The notes under the pieces were generated by a model. The model had not been told where the DNA came from and did no database searches. It saw only the letters and a list, made by a program, of their open reading frames with translations. From assembly GCF_036321535.1 (NCBI RefSeq), contig NC_087436.1, positions 121,832,001-121,896,000 on the forward strand: a stretch of DNA of 64,000 bases, in the 5' to 3' direction. Of this stretch, positions 54,301 to 64,000 are shown in pieces; position 1 is the first letter of the stretch, and each line of letters starts with the position of its first letter. This DNA comes from Camelus dromedarius. Lineage: Eukaryota. The position numbers and the translations under genes were made by a program.

Positions 54301-54545
54301 GCTAGCTTTGAGTTTACTTTGCTCTTTTTAGTTCCTTAAGGCAAACAATTAGGGTGTTGATTTGATCTTCTGACGTAGACGTCTGCAACTGTAAATATCC
54401 CTGTGAGCACTGCTCACTGCCTTCCCTAAGTTTTGGACGTTGTGTTTTCATTTTTGTTCTTCTCAAGGTAATTTCTAATTTCCTTTGAACCGCTGGGTTG
54501 TTTAAAAGTATGTTGTTTAATATCTACATGTTTGTGAGTTTTCCT
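51370..54545 (-). mobile_element. Old L1 (L1MA/L1MB-like) ORF2 and 3'UTR, minus strand
   Basis: Minus-strand peptides EKPILKF, QWNKIESPEIN and FSIVLEALARAIR; 3' end tcaagtgtacaattcagt on +. Confidence 0.85.
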
Positions 54546-54574
54546 GAATGTTCACTCTCTATAATCCATTAATT

Positions 54575-56350
54575 TCACACTTAGGTGTATGTCCAACAGG
54601 TATGTGAGCAAAATTGTACCAAGAGACAAACACAAAACACAATGTTCAGTTTGGCTATTAATAGCCAAAAAAGCTTAAATGACTGAAAGAATGGATAAAA
54701 TGAAGCATCGTCATCTAAGGATATACTATACCGGAAAGAAAAAGAACAAACTACACAACGAAAACTACACAACGAGAACGCATCCCACTAATCTAATATT
54801 GAGCAATAGAAGCCACGCCTCTCCAAAAAATACACATTGTGATTCCATCTACTTAAAGTTCAAATAACAGACCAAGTAAATTATGTGATTAAGATTGTGT
54901 GCTTTGGTGATTAAACTTTAATTATAAAGGAGTGATTTCCATAAAAGTCAGAATAGCGATTACTGTGGAGGAAAAGGCAAGGGTCCTGACTGGGAGGGAG
55001 GACAAGGAGGGGCTTCTAAGGTGCTGGCAATGTCGTTTCTTACTGCAGTCAGATGTTTTGTGGGCATTCGCTTTACGATAATTCACTGAACTGTACTTTT
55101 AAAGTAATTTAGTGAGGTGTGCTTTTTTGTGTGCTGTACTTCACAGTATAAAGCTAAACAGAGCGGCTTTGAGTCGGTGACAACCTTAAGCACCTCATAA
55201 ACGCAAGGGCAAGCAAATGCTTTCTGGAGGAGGAAACCCTGTTCAATCCGGGTCTCAAAGAACTTTCAGGTAGGGTACCAAGTTACATGGGTTCAAAGTA
55301 AGGGAGGAAAAAATCCACAGAACACACAAGGAAGTCATCACTGGTGACAGCCAGCAGGGATAAAAGGCCTCAGAACTAGACCCACAAAGACTCAACACTG
55401 CAATTAACATATATAGAATATGAAATTGACAAATCTGACAAACTGATTAAAAACAAAAGGGAGAGTATAAATTAGTGTTAATGATTAAAAGATGCCACCA
55501 GGGATAATTAGCTTACAAGAGAATATTTTGAACTTTATGCCAAAAACTTGTAAAGAGATGAAATATACAAATTCCCAGAAACTTGTAACTTAACAAACTG
55601 ACTTAAATGTAAACAATTCCCAAACATTTAAAAAAATCTAATCAGCATTTCAGAATCTTTTGTTCCTGAAACTAGCTCAGAGGTTTTATTGCTGAGCACT
55701 ACCACACGCTCAGGGAACCAGCTAATTAGAATCCACGGCAGAGAGAGAACGCGCCTTAGGCTTGCTGCAGGGAGCCAAGCGTAACCTGACAGAGTTAATG
55801 TAAGAAAACGACAGGTCAGTGGAGCTGTGAACATGGATGTTTAAAAACCCTAAACTGAGCATCGACACGGTGTTCTGTCTTCCTATACAAGGTGGACTTA
55901 TCCTAGAAACGCAAAGCTGGATGTGCACTGAAAAGTGTCAGGCGCTGTAATACACTGCAGTAACTGATCTAAAGGGGAAAGTCGTATTTTTCAGTAGAAG
56001 CAGAAGAACTGGTAAGGTCAGACATCCACTGTGACAAAACGAAACAAATGAAAGACAAACCCCTACCGCAGGGCTCCTTACCTGTTGGTTACCTAGCAGG
56101 CACCTACAGCAAAGGCGTCTCGGCGAAAATGCTCAAACACAAAGATGCCCCACAACGCCGTGGGTGCGTGGTAGCGTACTGGAGACAACAGAAAGTTCCG
56201 GGAGAGAAAGGTCCAAGAATGAGTGGCAGTTCGCTGCAGATGATGTGGTTGTGAACGTAAAAGATTCAACAGAACCCAGATTCTTACTATAATGAGACTT
56301 TGCAAGGATGTCAGATACACAACATGCAAAAAAACTAATTTCTCTATGGC
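54575..56350 (+). mobile_element. Very old L1 fragments (3'UTR and ORF2 pieces)
   Basis: cattgtgattccatctacttaaagttcaaa; tttgcaaggatgtcagatacacaac; gcagatgatg RT remnant. Confidence 0.55.
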
Positions 56351-57235
56351 AATGACAGGCGGCAGGGGCTGGGGTCCACACTCAGGGCCCTTTCCTCCCT
56401 TCATGTCCAGACAAGTGTCAGACCTCACGGAGTGCAGCTGAGTGTCCCTTCCTGTCCGCCCCTTTGCCAGTTTAGATTTTCCACTGGCCTGGGGGACGGC
56501 CTCCCTCCATGAACGTACAGACCTGGAGGGCAGCGACATAGTCGGCTTTCTCAATACCCACCGGAGCCAAGCATGGTGCCAGGAGCAGGGCAAATGCGCA
56601 ATAAGCATTCAAATAACTGCGTTTTGTCTCTAGAGGTCTCCAATGGAAGGCAGGCCTCTGGGCCCCAGGCACCCAGCACACTAGCCTCTTCTATCTCTGG
56701 GGACTACTTGATAGGACTAGAAAAAAGGTGGATGAGCAAAAGCCAGCTCTGCTGTCACCCACTCTGGGAGTCCCAAGGCCTCTCCCTCTGCTCAGCTCCC
56801 CCAGTGCTAACAGGCACACCATGCACTCCTGGGCCCCTCTCCCTGACCGGGGCAGGGGCGGGGGGGTGCACTGCACTGCCAGGACCCCAGGTCAACCCCA
56901 GTCCACACTGCTCAGAGCCCCCCTCCCGAGCCAGCACTGGCCAAACCAAGGAGACAGCCCCGCAGGAGCCAACCTCACTTCTTAGGGCTGAGGTTAAGAT
57001 TCTGCTCGATTAGGGAGCCCAGGGCCTGAACTTGTGGTTCTGCTCCAAGAATGACCTCTTACCTGTGGGCTTCTGGGTCAGCCGCTGACCATGCAACTTT
57101 CCTGCATACACACTAACACAAAATACCCTAAACACGAGGCAGACAGGAATCACACACCTTGGGCAAGAGTGGGGGAAAATCAAATCCAAAGAGCAAATGA
57201 ATGCACGCAAAAGATACCTAGTTCAAATTAATGGT

Positions 57236-57241
57236 TTTATT
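57236..57241 (-). terminator. RNF4: Distal polyadenylation signal of RNF4
   Basis: tttatt on + is AATAAA on -. UGUA motifs lie upstream and a T/GT-rich tract (tttgcgtgcattcatttgctctttg) downstream. Confidence 0.8.
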
Positions 57242-58583
57242 TCCACATGTAACACTAGCAGGAGTCCAAAACAGACTGATATACATGGATATAGTTTAAA
57301 TGTAACAAAGAAAGATTTAAACTATGTACACGGAGAAAGGGAAAGGGATTTTTCATGTCAATCTTCCTATTTTGCAATGTCTGAGTAGTAGAAACTAAAC
57401 ATTTTTTCCCAATTTAATTTAGTACGAAGGAATACAACTTTTATGATCAACCATTTGTCCTTAAGCATAAACTGCAAGAGATTTCGGCTGTGTGGCTGTC
57501 TTGGCTCCTGAAGTCTGGGTGTTGTCAGAACGTGACACAGAGCATCCCACAGAGCCCAGAAGGAACTACCGGCAACGGCGCCCGACAACGGGCGGACACG
57601 CCACACACCACTCTGCTGAGAACCAGTGCCCCGCCCGCCCCGACGCCAAGTAGAAACTACTACTTTCACCAAGCGAACTGGCACTGAGCCAGCTTAAAAA
57701 GTCAGAGTAAAGAGTGAAACAGTTTCCTTTTCACACAGAGGAGGGACACTCCTTCAGCCCCCTTTAAAGTGAATTCTGTGCTGAGTCTCTGCTCCTCCAG
57801 AAGGATACACTGAAGGTCAGTTATTGCTAGCAAAGCCAGAGGAGGCCCCTCTCCCACCTCGAAGATGTTTCACATGAAAAGGCTGCTGGTTTGCTCTGAA
57901 GCCCTCTGAGGAAGGACGGGTGCAGAGGGGGAGGCAGCGGGCACTGCAAGGCCTCTCCCCAGCCAGCCACCCCCAAGCCCTGTACTGCGAGGGGCGGCCT
58001 GGGCCACCCTGCTGCCTCCTTGAGGACCCGAGGCTCTCACGCCTGTGGAGTTGAGTAGAGGCTGTTGCCCGGGCCCCTAGGGAGAAGAGGCCGCCGTACT
58101 TTGCCAACCAAACCCTACAGAGTGATCAAAGCCCAAAGGATCACGGCCTAAGGGCCAGAAGAGCAGCTTCTGAAATGAATGTCAATTGGTGGAGGTGGTA
58201 CCCAAGCTCTTCGAAACGCAGGGCGGCCATGACTTGGGCAACAGCTTGGACATCGGCGGCTAATAAGGCCACAATTACCGCCATCACCGCCCAGGGTCTG
58301 CTTGAGTAGACGTCAGGCAGTGGGAACTGAGGACCAGGGGGCGTGTGGTAAACACAGGGTGGATTTTTATCAGAAAAGAGAGAGGACACCCAACCACATG
58401 CCTGCCCCACTGACCTCGCGTGGCCTGGGCCAGGTGAAGGACTCAGGCACGGGTAAAGTTCCTGAGAGCAGGTGGACAACAGGACGGGGTGAGACAGGCA
58501 CTGCTCCGTAGGCCATGAGGCCTCTGAGGGACACTAGGAGTGCTACATCTCCTGGGCTGCTGAAAGGCAGGTGAAGAACGGGC

Positions 58584-58589
58584 TTTATT
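58584..58589 (-). terminator. RNF4: Candidate proximal polyadenylation signal of RNF4
   Basis: AATAAA on the minus strand about 670 nt after the stop codon. Confidence 0.55.
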
Positions 58590-59261
58590 GCACATTTCGT
58601 TCTTAAGAAACTGGGAATTGCCCTGCAGAGTCCTTGTGATCTGCAGGGATCCCTGACATCAATGCAGGTGGAGTCACGGGTGACCTGACTCTCACGGGAA
58701 GAGAAGTCCAGTGGTTGGTCTTCCCGGCGCTGTGCGTGCACCTGGGATCCTCAGGCCGGAGGGACTTTGTCTGGCTTGGTCACCGCGGTGGGCAGACGCC
58801 TCAGATGAGGGGGCACGCCTGGGAGAGCTGGGTGGACCTGCTTGCTCTCCAGCTAGGGCTGGCTCCTCAACGGTACTGCCAGGAGGAAGCTGGGGCAAAC
58901 TTCACAAATGGGGAAAACTTCTTGGCAAACGTGCAGGTTCTGGAAAGAGGCTGGAACCACGATTCTCAATTCCAACGTGCCTAACTCCCTCTCTCCTACC
59001 CTGGAACCAGACTACCCAGAGGAGCAGTTGGAGACCTGGCCTGGGAGGGCCCAGGCTCCAGCTCCACAGCATCAAACTAGAGGTAACAAAAGGATCTAAG
59101 AGGGGCTGGAAACAAAAGAGCAGTTTACATATCAGATGCTGATGTTCAAACAGTCTTTTTGAGCTCAAGAAACTGGAGGCAGATAACCCACGTGAGGCCG
59201 CATGGAAAAACCAGCCAGGCTCTGTCTGTCCATCCATCTCTCTTGAGCGGCTCCCAACACT

Positions 59262-59411
59262 TCATATATAAATGGGGTGGTATCTTTTGTGGTTGATCTT
59301 TTTCCTGCAAGTTGGACAAGTGTTAGCATTCTTAAGGGAATCGCGGAGGCACTGGCTACAGAAGACGTGGCCACATTCTGTAGAAACAATGAGACGTCCA
59401 TTCTGCACAAT
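59262..59411 (-). CDS. RNF4: RNF4 last coding exon (C3HC4 RING C-terminus; SUMO-targeted E3 ubiquitin ligase)
   Basis: ctag|ATT GTG CAG... translates IVQNGRLIVSTECGHVFCSQCLRDSLKNANTCPTCRKKINHKRYHPIYI-TGA (stop at 59262-59264). Confidence 0.98.
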   Translation of the reverse strand: MVQNGRLIVSTECGHVFCSQCLRDSLKNANTCPTCRKKINHKRYHPIYI

Positions 59412-59937
59412 CTAGAAAAGGTAAAAAAGAACAGCCTTCACATCTGTTCCTACCCGAGCAGCAGGAGCCCCCAGAGAAGCCACTCCTGCCCGTCCCCAGG
59501 AAGGTGAGTGGGAGAAGGGCCAGGGCTGCAACAGGAGGGAAACGGCAGGGAGACAGTCTGGAGAGTTAAGGGTGCTGCTCTGTAGGCCCAGGCAGGCACG
59601 AGGGGCATCTGTGAAGCTGAGAGCAGAGGCAGGAGCCAGCCCGGCAGCGACAGCCCCAGGGGCCACAGTGAACACTAGCAGCTTCCACTTAGGCTGGGCA
59701 GGGAGCAGCGGGCTGATGCGCTTGCAGGGGGCAGCCCAGAGTACAAAGGGGCCAGGGCTGAAGACTGCAAGGCCCAAGGAGGAGACGGCACACCCCCCTT
59801 CACAGACATGTGACTAGCCCTGTGCCAGCCCAGGCGTGATGTCAAATCCCACCTCATGACAAGATGCTCTCATCTGATTCTTTCACTGAAGCAGCTTGAA
59901 AACCAGAATCAGGGAAGGCACAGCTAGGTTTGCTTAC

Positions 59938-59986
59938 CTCTGAGTACCCGTCCATGCAGATTGGACAACTGACAGTACCAGACGGC
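59938..59986 (-). CDS. RNF4: RNF4 penultimate coding exon, 49 nt (start of RING domain)
   Basis: ttttag|G CCG TCT GGT ACT GTC AGT TGT CCA ATC TGC ATG GAC GGG TAC TCA GAG|gtaagc = (R)PSGTVSCPICMDGYSE. Phases agree with both flanking exons. Confidence 0.97.
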
Positions 59987-60694
59987 CTAAAATCACAGTG
60001 CTTCATGTCAGTTCCTCAGCAAACTCAAACATTCAGCAACTAACTCTAAGTGGTTCGTATAGCCAGCCCATCTCCCCTTTTAAGAGCCTCCTGTGACCCT
60101 GCCTTAGCACAGGCACCCGAGAGACTTACAAGGCTGGCTGTCCCCATGGGGGCAGGGTGGCTATGAGAAAGGGGAGGAGAGAGATGGAGGAAGAGAAGGT
60201 GCAGACCACCAGTGTCACAAGTCCTCCCCACCCCGACTTGTGCTCCCGCTCCCCCTTCCAGCCTCCCTGTCTGGGGCAGGGGCTGCGCCTAGCACCCACT
60301 TCCTCCGAGCACTCCTGTCGCAGAAGGCTGGGGCCAGGGGGTCTGTTCTTTGCATCAGCAGTGGGACCCACCACCAGCCTGGAGCCACTCACAACCACCC
60401 TGCCAGTACCTGGCAGGCCCTGGTCCCAGTGGGAACAGCTCAGCCCAGCTCTGAATCCACTTGCCTCTCAGATGCTCCAACAAGCCCTTCTTGAGCCAAG
60501 GGCTCAAAGCGCTTGCTGAAGGTCCAGGATTTCTAACACCCTGCCTCCTGCCCCAACCTTTCCACTGAAGAATGGAGACAAAGGAAGGAGATCCTCACTC
60601 CAGGGGGACAAGGGGGTCCCACATCTCCAGAGGCTTCCTGGCAAGAGTGCTTGTCCCCAGCACAGCAGCAGCAGAGCAGCGGGCAGGCTGGTAC

Positions 60695-60854
60695 CTGGGT
60701 CCTGTAGCTGCCTCTTCCCTGGCGTTTCTAGGAGTGTGGGTGGTCACGTACACGTCCCTGTCCCTGGACAGCTCCTCCTCATCGCTGCTCACCACGCAGC
60801 TGTCAGCTTGGTCCTGGCGCAGCCTCCTCGCGGTCCTCCTTGGCCGCCTCCTTT
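60695..60854 (-). CDS. RNF4: RNF4 internal coding exon, 160 nt (arginine-rich and acidic linker)
   Basis: ttag|AAAGG...CCCAG|gtacc. Translates (E)RRRPRRTARRLRQDQADSCVVSSDEEELSRDRDVYVTTHTPRNAREEAATGP(R), near-identical to mammalian RNF4. Confidence 0.97.
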
Positions 60855-61212
60855 CTAAGATATGAGTCCATGTTCAGGGGCAGGGGCCTCATAGCCCTCG
60901 CACCCTCACCACCGACCCTCCTTCCTGCCTGGGAAAGACCACCCTCCCATCTCCCCAGAAGCCCCGATCCCTGCCGTGAGCAGATGGCCTGAGCTGTGGG
61001 GCAGTCTGTAGCAGTCCGCTGTCTCCGAAATCAGGGGGACTACAGCTCAGCACCGAGGACTGACGGCAGGGGAGACGGCGGCACCCCTGCAGGCGGGTTC
61101 CTGCCCGCTGTTCTCGCGCCTCTAGGTCTGGCAAGGCCTACAGCCCCGCACCCTCACCCACATCCATTCTCTACCCAAACCCAACGGAAAAGGGAGGAAA
61201 CCAACCACTCAC

Positions 61213-61222
61213 CTTCAACAAT
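61213..61222 (-). CDS. RNF4: RNF4 10-nt coding microexon (ATTGTTGAAG; I-V-E plus first base of E)
   Basis: Minus strand reads ...tttctctcctttttaatag|ATTGTTGAAG|gtgagt, with a strong pyrimidine tract, AG and consensus donor. Its phase joins the next exon to give IVEERRRPRR, as in RNF4 at the end of SIM4. Confidence 0.93.
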
Positions 61223-61862
61223 CTATTAAAAAGGAGAGAAACGAAAAGACACAATCAATTCGACATAAAATATTCCATATTCTTTTAAACTCTTAAACAA
61301 TAAAACTGAAGTATGTTTCAGATGCAAAATCCTCGGGGCAGCAGTGGAGCCCACCCCCCACCCCCAGTGTGGGACAGGTGCCGGTTCCAGCAAAGCCTCC
61401 AAGCAGCTGACACCCTATGCTTCCGCCCTGGGTTTTCAGTGAGTCTCTGGGAGCTGCTGGTTGTGTGACCTGGGGAAGGTACTCACCCTCTGAGAGCTGC
61501 CAGCTTCCTCTTCTGAAAACGGAGGCCCCGGTGCCCACAGCTCACCCTGTGGTCGTGAGGACTAAGTGAGATCACGACCATGCCACAGGGCACCGGGGCC
61601 ACAGAGCCCATGACCAGCCCCACACACGCTCCCGGTCCTTACTCCATGTAGGCTACCACCAAAGACGGGGGCCTTTATTGTAAGGAGGGTTCGCAGTGCT
61701 TAATACATGGTTAAAAATAATTAACCAACTAAACAAACAAAACTAGGTCATGCAGGGACTAATGAAAGTGCCACACACCAAGGACTGGGATCAGTTCGAG
61801 CCTGCGTTCTCAAGGCCCCTAGAAAAGGTCTATGAGAACTCCACGAGCCCACTGCCCAGCCC

Positions 61863-62361
61863 CAGGCAGGCTTGGCTTCACTGCGCTTCTTAAAAATTGA
61901 AGGTTTGTAGCAACTCTCTGCTGAGCAAGTCTATCAGCATCAATGTCCTAGCAGCATTTGCTCACTTTGTGTCTGCGTCACCTTTTGACAAGTCTCACAT
62001 TTCAGTTTTTCATTATCATATTTGCCATGGCGACTTGTGGTCAATGACCTTTTATGTTACTGCTGTAATTGTTCTGGGGCACCATGAACCTCACCTATAG
62101 AAGATGGTGAACTCAACTGATAAATGTGTGTACTGACTGCTCCACAGACCAGCTGATCCCCGAATCCCTCCCTCTTTGGGGGGCCTCCCTATTGCCTAGA
62201 CGCAACAATACTGAAATCAGGCCAGTTCATAACCCTACAGCAACCTCAAGCGTCCACGTGAAATGGAGAGCTGCACACCCCTCACTTTCAGTCAAGACTT
62301 CGAGACGACTGCGCTCACGGAGGGAGGCTAAGACGGCAGAGGCCGGCAGGCCTCTCGTGCC
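61863..62361 (+). mobile_element. Tigger1-like DNA transposon 5' fragment in an RNF4 intron
   Basis: aaattgaaggtttgtagcaac...gagcaagtctatcagc, gggcaccatgaacc...aagatggtgaact. Confidence 0.8.
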
Positions 62362-64000
62362 CCTGCTTCCTGCCCTCCTGCCTGGGGCAGAGGTAGCAGC
62401 TCCCACGGCAGGTCAAGGCTAAGATGTCTGGACTTACTCCTAGAGACCTGCTCCTCCAGCCTTCTCAACACCATGGACCAACTCCTCCATGTGTTAAAAC
62501 TCATTTCTGCCTCGAAACAACTAGAGGGATTCAGTTTTCCAACCTCAACTCTCAACAGATACAACAGCCATCCCAGGGGGAAAGCAGGTCTGAGAGTAAG
62601 ACTCTCATTTCGCAGATGAGAACCTACCAAGACACTCTCCCTTCCCCCCAGAGGGCCCAGAGGGTGACTGTGAAACTGGGGGGCAGTCAACATTGTCATC
62701 GGGCCCATGCTTACTGGAAGGAAAGCGTGGGCTGGCAGGTGCTGTCCACACGAAGGCCAGGGGAGGCGAGCTTCACAGTCAGCCAGGAGCAGGAGGAAAT
62801 TCTGACGTGGGCAGGGATGACCCCAACTCTTCTCAGCTCCAATGCGGCTTTTACCTCCCTCTGCCAAGACGGGCCCCTGACCAGGTGTGGACATGCCTGC
62901 AAGGAGGGTGATGCCGCTGCCCCCAGGCACCAGTGTGCGGCAACCGCGTCTCCACAGGTTCTTGTGAGACCCAGCTCACCTCTTGGCAGGGCTGAGCTCA
63001 GGGAGGGACCTAAACACAGAGCCCCCAGGGACGTCCCAAGGCCCAGGATGCTACTGGCACACACAGGTGCTCCACACTTGACCACTCAGTAAATGAATAC
63101 ACACAGCGGCCAGGGAGCCACCTCCACTGCTGATGACTGTCCCCGTCTTCAATGGAAGAACAGCTCAGAGATGAGACTTCTTGCCCAAAGGGCAGAAAAG
63201 AAGCCTGGCCCCCCAGCTCCACACCGCCCCCGTGACATGAACCACCTCAGCGCTGATGGACACAGATACTAACACTGGTGTTCCCTCCACCCAGCAACTG
63301 AATACATCAAATTCCAGAATCCCTGCAGGAGCCTGCAAGCGCTCTGGAATGGCCCTTCCCCATGGATGTAGCCCTGCAGGTCACACCATGCTTGCCTGAA
63401 CAAGAGACAGAGAAGCGGGAGGAGCCTCAGGGCTTCGGAAGTTGACCACAGAGGTAAACAGATGGGAACCAGGAAGAACGCACGCACCGAGCCTCACACC
63501 TGGTGGAGAGCCCTTCAGAGAAGCAAAGTACCAAACCACTCCCCAGCCCCGGGTGTGTGCGGCCAGTCAACACTGCGACAAACCAGCCCAGGCTCAGGCC
63601 CACTGGTTCCACCCCACCTTGGTCTGGCTCCCCTTTCCTGACTATGGAGAAAACCAGAGGTCAGCAGTAGTGACAAGTGGAGACACGAGGAGAATGGACG
63701 ACCCGCAGCAGGCACCGGCACTGCCTGCTTCACTGCTGGGCACGCCGACTCCAGGTCAGTCACCCAAAGGCCCTCGGCGCTTCTGAAGCACAAGTGAGCC
63801 TCAGAACACCTCCAACTGCTGACACCCATGTCGCAGGCTCCTGGTCAGTGGGGGAACACAAGCCCTTCTACCAGTGGACAAAATACCTGGCATTCTAGGT
63901 GCCTCTTAGGGCTGCAACAGTGCGCTGGGGTGAAACGACAGAGCAGAACCACTTAGCAGGAGCACTGGGGTCCTTGGAGGGCAAGCTGACCTCCTGGTGT

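Larger units (their letters stand above)
57215..59261 (-). other. RNF4: RNF4 3'UTR (~2 kb; distal end approximate)
   Basis: Repeat-poor sequence after the stop codon. It ends at an AATAAA (57236-57241) followed by a U/GU-rich downstream tract. Confidence 0.8.

Noticed and set aside
58141..59237. ORFs within the RNF4 3'UTR
   Set aside because: No homology recognised; they lie downstream of the RNF4 stop codon.
62328..63092. 200- and 222-aa ORFs in the RNF4 intron
   Set aside because: No recognisable homology or splice support; GC-rich intron next to a Tigger fragment.
1..64000. CRISPR arrays, operons, rRNA, snRNA or other prokaryote-style systems
   Set aside because: The sequence is mammalian; no repeat-spacer arrays or recognisable structural RNA genes were seen.

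Overview
Mammalian genomic DNA, most likely camelid (eight ~130-150 bp tRNA-Ala-derived SINEs of the vic-1 type; inference). Two host genes lie on the minus strand in the same tandem order as at human 4p16.3. The first is the 3' half of RNF4: a 10-nt microexon, 160-, 49- and 150-nt coding exons, and a ~2 kb 3'UTR with two AATAAA signals. About 12 kb further on is the CpG-island promoter and first coding exon of FAM193A. Positions 1-44786 appear to be FAM193A intron 1 (I could not find exon 2). The intron holds a full-length but dead L1, many L1/L2/MIR fragments, an ERVL remnant, and processed pseudogenes of NOP16 and H3-3A (H3F3A). Almost all ORFs in the supplied track are spurious or decayed L1/ERV pieces. 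I found no convincing novel biological system. The best observations are: a NOP16 retrocopy that seems to record an exon-skipped mRNA, a strongly AT-to-GC shifted H3.3 retrocopy plus similar GC patches in old repeats (candidate gBGC footprints), a triplicated target site from nested retrotransposition, and a tail-only insertion. Gene and repeat identities rest on recalled reference sequences, not database searches. Old-repeat boundaries are approximate.
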